A stretch of 32,000 nucleotides of DNA from Nitrosospira multiformis ATCC 25196. GTDB taxonomy: Bacteria > Pseudomonadota > Gammaproteobacteria > Burkholderiales > Nitrosomonadaceae. Shown piece by piece: positions 27,110 to 32,000 of this stretch (within the stretch, counting starts at the first letter, position 1; every line of letters begins with the position of its first letter). A program made the translations under genes and the position numbers. The notes beneath the pieces are model-generated. The model made no database searches and had not been told where the DNA came from. It saw only the letters and a program-made list of their open reading frames with translations. The DNA is taken from assembly GCF_000196355.1 (NCBI RefSeq), contig NC_007614.1, positions 2,280,001 through 2,312,000 on the forward strand, written 5' to 3'.

Positions 27110-27241
27110 TGATCTGCTTGGGTTTCCAGGACCATTCCGAGAGTTAGTTTTCGGCGCTGGTTAAACCCGGGCAAGGCTTGAAAGCCCCGCCCGGTGTGCA
27201 AATTCGGCTGGCGACAGGTCATTGAGAGTCGAGTAAGGCCG
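27110..27241 (-). mobile_element. 132-bp remnant of the orfB-proximal end of the IS3-family element
   Basis: It is identical to 28981-29112 in the same orientation, apart from one mismatch (27235 A versus 29106 G). It starts with the IS terminal TG. Confidence 0.9.
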
Positions 27242-27291
27242 GTACGATGTGAGAACTGCAATCGTGACGTTTTAGCTGCAGGTCGGATCTG

Positions 27292-28659
27292 TCACGGTTT
27301 TTCCGTTTGCGTTCCCAGCGAACTATCGGCGCTCTTTCGGGCGCCCGCTGCAGGTGCATGCTGCGCCTCGACGGTACGCATCAGATTGAATGCCAGAAGT
27401 TTTCCCAGGCGCTGATTGCCCAGGGGCACGCCTTCCACCCGCTGGATAATGTCCAGATCGGGCGCCTTGTTGGCTTCCATGATGCATGGACCACTGTCGA
27501 GCAGAGCAACATCCCATCCAATGACAACCTGGTCAGAAAACGCGGCGCCATGCGCATATTGCACCAGCTCGACCAACTCAAACCAGCACGGCAGCTTGCG
27601 ACCTTGGATCTGCGCCCCGGTTTCGGAATGTTGTTCATACCATCCGTCGCCCGTGGCTCCCCAAGCCCCGCGCGTACCCCTTCCGAGCGTACCGGTGGAA
27701 ATGTCGACATTGGCTGCAATACCCCCAGCGTGAAAGTTATCGACGACGACCAGCTTGTTTCGCGCCATGCGAAAAGCCGCATTGGTCACTTCGAACTCCC
27801 CCTTTTCGTTACGGCATGTCATCACGCGAACGGTGGAAAGTGTTCCATTGGCCAGATCGGCAATCTCACAGTGACTCACAAGCCGCGGCTGCACCAGGAA
27901 AGCCGCGTGCCGCGATGCGTGCCGCAGCCGCTCCAACACTTGACTTCCAGTAGCAACTTCGCCGTCATTGCGGCGGAATTGCCCGGAACCGAGATAATCC
28001 CAGCGCGTGGCCTTTTTCCCGCCCTGTCCGTGAACGGGTTTTATGAAGAGATCGCGCTCGGGTAATTCGGGCAGTGCCGGTAGTTCCGGCAAACCCCAAT
28101 CCACCGCCGTAATCTTTTCCTGCGCCACATTAAAAAAAACGGGAGCAGTTGTGATCCCATGCGCACGACAGCGAGCCCGGAAGCGTCCCTTATCCTTTAT
28201 GGAGCCGGTGCTGCGTTCCGCGGGAATAGGGAGACCACCGTTGTTATCGCGCAGGAAGCGATAGAGTCCCCCTTTCGTCTCAAGCCGGTTCAGATACTCC
28301 CCTGCATGCAGTTTCTTGTCATCGTCATGCAGTTCGAAGATGTAATACCATGGGGGTAGAATCGCAAAGCGTATCGCAAGCTCAATCTGCTCCTGGATCT
28401 GGCGGATTAAACCTTTCCCCGTCCGCTTCTTGATAGCGCGACCATTGATCGCTGTGAAAACCGCTACCAGAACAGCAAGTATGAACGGTACGAACGGCAA
28501 CGCGACGCGCATGATGATCCGATCGCCAAGGGCCTCCTTGCTCCAGACCTCGCGCTGAATGCAGCGGTGGATATACATAGCCGGCGAACCGTCCTCCGGC
28601 AGCCGGGCGAAGATCCACGCTGCCCCGCTCAAATCCCGGGTTATTCTATCAATAATCAA
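27292..28659 (-). CDS. ATP-grasp domain protein (sugar-transfer-associated ATP-grasp-like, predicted amidoligase) with N-terminal TM segment
   Basis: There is a TM helix ALPFVPFILAVLVAVFTAI. The PPWYYIFELH...YL motif, FIKPVHGQGGK and DNFHAGGIAANVDISTG are typical of this ATP-grasp clade. The family call is from motif recognition only, and the true start could be the internal Met (MRVALPF). Confidence 0.7.
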   Translation of the reverse strand: MIIDRITRDLSGAAWIFARLPEDGSPAMYIHRCIQREVWSKEALGDRIIMRVALPFVPFILAVLVAVFTAINGRAIKKRTGKGLIRQIQEQIELAIRFAILPPWYYIFELHDDDKKLHAGEYLNRLETKGGLYRFLRDNNGGLPIPAERSTGSIKDKGRFRARCRAHGITTAPVFFNVAQEKITAVDWGLPELPALPELPERDLFIKPVHGQGGKKATRWDYLGSGQFRRNDGEVATGSQVLERLRHASRHAAFLVQPRLVSHCEIADLANGTLSTVRVMTCRNEKGEFEVTNAAFRMARNKLVVVDNFHAGGIAANVDISTGTLGRGTRGAWGATGDGWYEQHSETGAQIQGRKLPCWFELVELVQYAHGAAFSDQVVIGWDVALLDSGPCIMEANKAPDLDIIQRVEGVPLGNQRLGKLLAFNLMRTVEAQHAPAAGARKSADSSLGTQTEKP

Positions 28660-29031
28660 AGTCGTCGGCGATTTTCACCGCCCTCCATAATGCGTTGCGG
28701 TAATCGACTGCCCTGCTCAGGTGCCAGAGCAAAAGTAGAACTTGAAGCTCATGCAGTCAGCTCAGCATGAAAATCTGCCGCATAGAGCAACACTGAATCC
28801 AAGCGTTGCGATCAGACAAGGCAAGCAAGGATATCATTGTCTCGCTGCCACTGGTTTCCTTGATTAACAATTGCAGCGGAGATAGCCACCCGGGTATCGT
28901 TAGTGATGTCATGAACTGACAGATCAATGCATCGTTCTGTTCAAGTTGCTTGTAAGAAATATATCTTGAGCTTGGCATTCTGATCTGCTTGGGTTTCCAG
29001 GACCATTCCGAGAGTTAGTTTTCGGCGCTGG

Positions 29032-29875
29032 TTAAACCCGGGCAAGGCTTGAAAGCCCCGCCCGGTGTGCAAATTCGGCTGGCGACAGGTCATTGAGAGT
29101 CGAGTGAGGCCGACTCTCGTTGTAGTCCCGCCCCCAGTCCTCGATGATCGCTTTGGCCTCTTCCAGCGTTTCAAACCAGTGCAAGTTAAGACACTCGTCC
29201 CGGAATGATCCGTTAAACGTCTCGATGTGGCAATTGTCCGTCGGCTTTCCTGGCCGGCTGAAGTCGATCCGTGCCTGGGGATGGTAGGCCCAGAGATCGA
29301 GCAACTGCCCCGAGAATTCGCTGCCATTATCGACAAAAAGATATTGAGGAGGACCCCGCCGCGGCCAGTCGATTTAACGTAGCGACCACATGGTCGCTTC
29401 GCAAGCGCTGGCCCACTTCGATTGCCAATGCTTCCTTGCTGAAGACATCCTTAATCGTCAGCGTACGAAATCTCATGCCATTGGCCAGTTGGTCCGCCAC
29501 AAAGTCCATGCTCCATGCTTCATTGGGTTTGACCGGCTTGATCTTTGCCTGGCGTCTCACGACCATCTTGCGCCGCCTGGGCAGCTTTGAGCGAAGCTGC
29601 AGCTGCTCTTCGCTATAAAGCCGATACATCTGGTTTTTACCCAGCTGCCAGCCTTCACGCTTGAGAAGCACGTGGATGCGCCGGTAACCATAACGCACTC
29701 GTGTCTTTGCAATCTCCCGCATACGCCCTCGCAACGCCTGCTTCGGATCCTTGATGCTCCGATAGTACTGGACGCTGCGCGATTGCTTCATCAACCTGCA
29801 GGCCCGCCGCATGTTCAGGTCATGGTGGCTCACGATGTAGTCCACCACTTCGCGTTTCAGCGCGGGCCGGGCCAC
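29032..29875 (-). pseudogene. IS3-family transposase OrfB (DDE), interrupted by an additional frameshift
   Basis: Frame a (29327-29875) ends ...ATLNRLAAAGSSSISFCR*. The expected continuation GPPQYLFVDNGSEFSGQLLDLWAYH...RPHSTLNDLSPAEF lies in another frame (to 29032). The 1-nt indel lies in or near the GC run at 29354-29365. Confidence 0.75.
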
Positions 29876-30135
29876 TTTTTTGATGCAACGTCCTGCAGGA
29901 TCGCCCGGTCCAGGCTCAACTCGGCAACCAGCTTCTTGAGCCGCCCGTTCTCTTCCTGCAGTTGCTTGAGCTCCCGCACCTGATCCGACTGCATCCCCGC
30001 GTACTGCTTCTTCCAGCGGTAGAACGTCTGTTCCGAGATTCCCACCTGCCGGATCAGATCCGCCACCGGCATCCCAAGCTCCGCCTGCTTTAATACCGCT
30101 ACGATCTGTTCTATTGAAAACCGCTTCTTCTTCAT
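29857..30135 (-). CDS. IS3-family transposase OrfA (HTH)
   Basis: MKKKRFSIEQIVAVLKQAELGMPVADLIRQVGISEQTFYRWKKQY is followed by a leucine-zipper-like region. The start is at the internal ATG 30135. Confidence 0.85.
   Translation of the reverse strand: MKKKRFSIEQIVAVLKQAELGMPVADLIRQVGISEQTFYRWKKQYAGMQSDQVRELKQLQEENGRLKKLVAELSLDRAILQDVASKKWPGPR
29875..29881 (-). promoter_or_regulatory. Programmed -1 ribosomal frameshift heptamer A AAA AAG (orfA to orfB)
   Basis: The minus strand reads ...GCA TCA AAA AAG TGG.... The -1 frame continues as K K V A R P A L K R E V V D Y, which is the N-terminus of the orfB ORF. Confidence 0.7.
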
Positions 30136-30762
30136 GGCAAACACCCCTCCTTTCAAGGTCAAGTTTGCCGAAAAACTCACTTTCTGTCTGGTCCTGAATT
30201 CCTAAAGCAGATCACCCTGATACTGCTAACGCAATTCTATATAGAACAATAAAACCCTTTCCTATAACGATTACATCAAAGGATGGAACTTCAAAGCAAA
30301 CGTTATATGTGGGTATTCCCGACAGGACAGGAGAAAGGGGAGGGGTTGAAGAGTTCTGGATTGATAGAGGATATTTTGTAGACAGAAAAGTTAATCTAAC
30401 TTTCATAAATGGAGTTTTGACTCAAGATGAGACTACGTACCCGAGCGAAATATTAGGTTTCCTATCCTTACCTCTTGAACTTCTTAATGGGATATCATTA
30501 TAACTGGAAGGTTTGATCAACGAACAGCAGAACTCCAAAAGCAGAAAGCCTACCTTGATGCGCTAAAACAACGTAACGAAGTACTACATGCTCCCGCAGA
30601 TGCAGGAAAGGCGCCATAATATAATGTATGAATACGACGACTTCGTGACAGTTTTGAAAAATTCAGACTGTTTTCAAGAAGTCATTCGTGAATTACAAGC
30701 GCAAAGAGATATTTCCAAGGTGGTTGGTTTTACGTGAGAACCACTTGGGTATACGGGCGTTT

Positions 30763-31752
30763 CTAATAACTAACCTTAAACGTGGGGCTATCCTCGGGCC
30801 GGGTCTTGCGATGATCATAGATCCGGGTCGTGGCGATATTCGCATGCCCGAGCCACTCCTGCACCTTGGCGATGTCTGCCCCGTTGTCCAGTGCATTGGT
30901 TGCGGCCGTGGCGCGCATGACATGTGGCCCCATGTTTTCCCCAAAAATCCCCAATTTCCTTAAATACTTCAGTACCACCTCGAAATAGATGGAATCGGGC
31001 GTGAGGGCCGTCAGGGTATGACCGTGCACATTGTTTTTGACTGGCCTAAACAAGGGCGCATCGGGATCGTGTCCATGGCCCGCGGCCTCCAGATACTCTT
31101 CGATCAGGGTCAGTGTGCCGGGGTGGGTGGGAATGAAGCGCATCTTGCCGCCCTTGCCCTTGATGCGCAGATGCGGCACTCCGCGGCGCGACTGGTTGTA
31201 GTCTTTCACCTTGAGGCGGGCCAATTCTTCGCGGCGGATGCCGTGATAGAGCAGGGCGGAGAGAATCGCCCGGTCGCGCTTGCCCTTGAGTGTCTTGGCA
31301 TTGGGAGCCTCGAGCAGGGCGCGCGCCTGGACGTCCCCCAATGCCGGCGTCTTGCCCTGCCAGGATTCTACCGGGGGGCGCTTCACGCCTTTGACCGGAT
31401 TGTGCGTGACCGCATTGGCTTCGCATAGGTACTCGAACAGGGAGGAGAGGGCCGCCAGTTTCCTGCGGATGGTGGCACCGCCCAGCTGCTCTTCTTCCAG
31501 GCGCTTCCTCCAGGCGAGCACATGGCTGCGGGTAATGAGCCGAAAATCCTCCGGGCTGACGATGCCGGCAAAAGCCATGAAGCCGCGCAAATCGTTCTGG
31601 TACGCGCGTCGGGTCTGCAGGCTGTCGATGTTGGCGAACCATTCGATCTCGGGTGGAACTTCCGCAAGTTTGCGAAATTGGGCGGAGGTCAGGGCACTGC
31701 CGGCGGCAGGCGCAGCCGGGGCGGCGGGGGAAATCATCAGTTCTTCACTCAT
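30763..31752 (-). CDS. Tyrosine-type site-specific recombinase/integrase (XerD-like size)
   Basis: There is an N-terminal SAM-like domain. The catalytic pattern is R (KRDRAILSALLYHGIRREEL), HVMRAT and LGHANIATTRIYDH. Confidence 0.9.
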   Translation of the reverse strand: MSEELMISPAAPAAPAAGSALTSAQFRKLAEVPPEIEWFANIDSLQTRRAYQNDLRGFMAFAGIVSPEDFRLITRSHVLAWRKRLEEEQLGGATIRRKLAALSSLFEYLCEANAVTHNPVKGVKRPPVESWQGKTPALGDVQARALLEAPNAKTLKGKRDRAILSALLYHGIRREELARLKVKDYNQSRRGVPHLRIKGKGGKMRFIPTHPGTLTLIEEYLEAAGHGHDPDAPLFRPVKNNVHGHTLTALTPDSIYFEVVLKYLRKLGIFGENMGPHVMRATAATNALDNGADIAKVQEWLGHANIATTRIYDHRKTRPEDSPTFKVSY

Positions 31753-32000
31753 GCCAATTTATCCTGGGGGGAAGTACGGCTATATCTATGTTGATCATGT
31801 GGATAACCCTTTTTCAACACAAATAACCAATACCAGGCGACGATCATGGGGACGGAGGCGAATCCTCCCGCTCCCGGATCTTCTCCCTCCGCCTTCACCA
31901 ACATATCTGTGGCAGTGACCGAGATACAGGGCGAGGGCTGGGAAAAACTCCAACCTGCATCTCCCCAAATTTTTTCCCATATATATATATGCACACCATT

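Larger units (their letters stand above)
28981..30214 (-). mobile_element. IS3-family insertion sequence (1234 bp)
   Basis: The ends are TGATCTGCTTGGGTTTCCAGGACC and, as reverse complement, TGATCTGCTTTAGGAATTCAGGACC. This gives TG...CA termini and a 10-bp perfect terminal match. It has orfA/orfB with an A AAA AAG slippery site. Flanks are ..CATTC| and |CCCTG, so there is no target-site duplication. Confidence 0.9.

Noticed and set aside
27307-28065. 252-aa plus-strand ORF antisense to the ATP-grasp gene. 31018-31918 contains similar ORFs antisense to the recombinase.
   Set aside because: These are shadow ORFs, and the opposite-strand genes carry the family motifs.
28757-28978. 73-aa minus-strand ORF between the ATP-grasp gene and the IS end.
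   Set aside because: Its ATG sits 2 nt from the IS terminus, so it is probably fortuitous or a 5'-truncated remnant. It has no SD and no recognisable family.
31854-31876. tRNA 3'-end-like string GGAGG-CGAAT-CCTCC-CGCTCCC-G (T-arm plus acceptor-like) upstream of the recombinase, considered as an att/tRNA remnant.
   Set aside because: The T-loop is 5 nt instead of 7. No complementary 5' acceptor (GGGAGCG), D-arm or anticodon arm lies upstream, and no second copy exists in the window. It cannot be supported as a tRNA or att site.
31979-31991. Short (AT)n microsatellite at the window edge, plus a general check for CRISPR-like spaced repeats across the window.
   Set aside because: The (AT)n run is only about 6 units and is truncated by the window end. 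No regularly spaced direct repeats consistent with a CRISPR array were seen anywhere.

Overview
This looks like a proteobacterial chromosomal window in three parts; the dacC-dat-ybeD-lipB-lipA synteny is typical of beta/gamma-proteobacteria.

(1) 1-16.4 kb is a densely packed housekeeping core. It holds an Mla/MCE-type ABC transporter operon with a PqiC-like lipoprotein and two conserved proteins of unknown function. A long minus-strand array follows: lipA, lipB, ybeD-like, dat, a PBP5/6 carboxypeptidase, a Pro-rich lipoprotein, a DUF853/HerA-like ATPase, a CobD/AmpE-like membrane protein, sucD, sucC and an orphan PP2C phosphatase. The PP2C gene is divergent from a three-domain copper nitrite reductase (NirK with an extra N-terminal azurin-like cupredoxin domain).

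(2) 16.4-19.3 kb is visibly AT-richer and gene-poor. It contains two small secreted low-complexity proteins, a frameshifted yfbU-like pseudogene and a 27-codon hydrophobic mini-ORF with its own SD and terminator. It also has several intrinsic terminators and palindromes with no ORF attached, which are candidate sRNAs. A type II NADH dehydrogenase and a DnaQ-exonuclease/GIY-YIG (Cho-like) fusion follow.

(3) 22.3-32 kb is a mosaic, partly decayed mobile region:
- an XRE-HTH gene overlapping a secreted thermonuclease gene
- a Cu/Ag P1B-ATPase
- gene remnants, including a doubly disrupted carboxymuconolactone-decarboxylase-family pseudogene
- a solitary membrane-anchored ATP-grasp gene bracketed by a 132-bp IS3 end remnant and a 1234-bp IS3-family element whose orfB carries an extra frameshift
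- a low-GC fragment and a tyrosine recombinase

No rRNA, intact tRNA or CRISPR array was seen. Nothing here can be called a new system from sequence alone. The best leads are the IS-bracketed ATP-grasp cargo, the orphan-terminator/sRNA and mini-ORF block, the HTH-nuclease cassette and the PP2C/NirK divergent pair.
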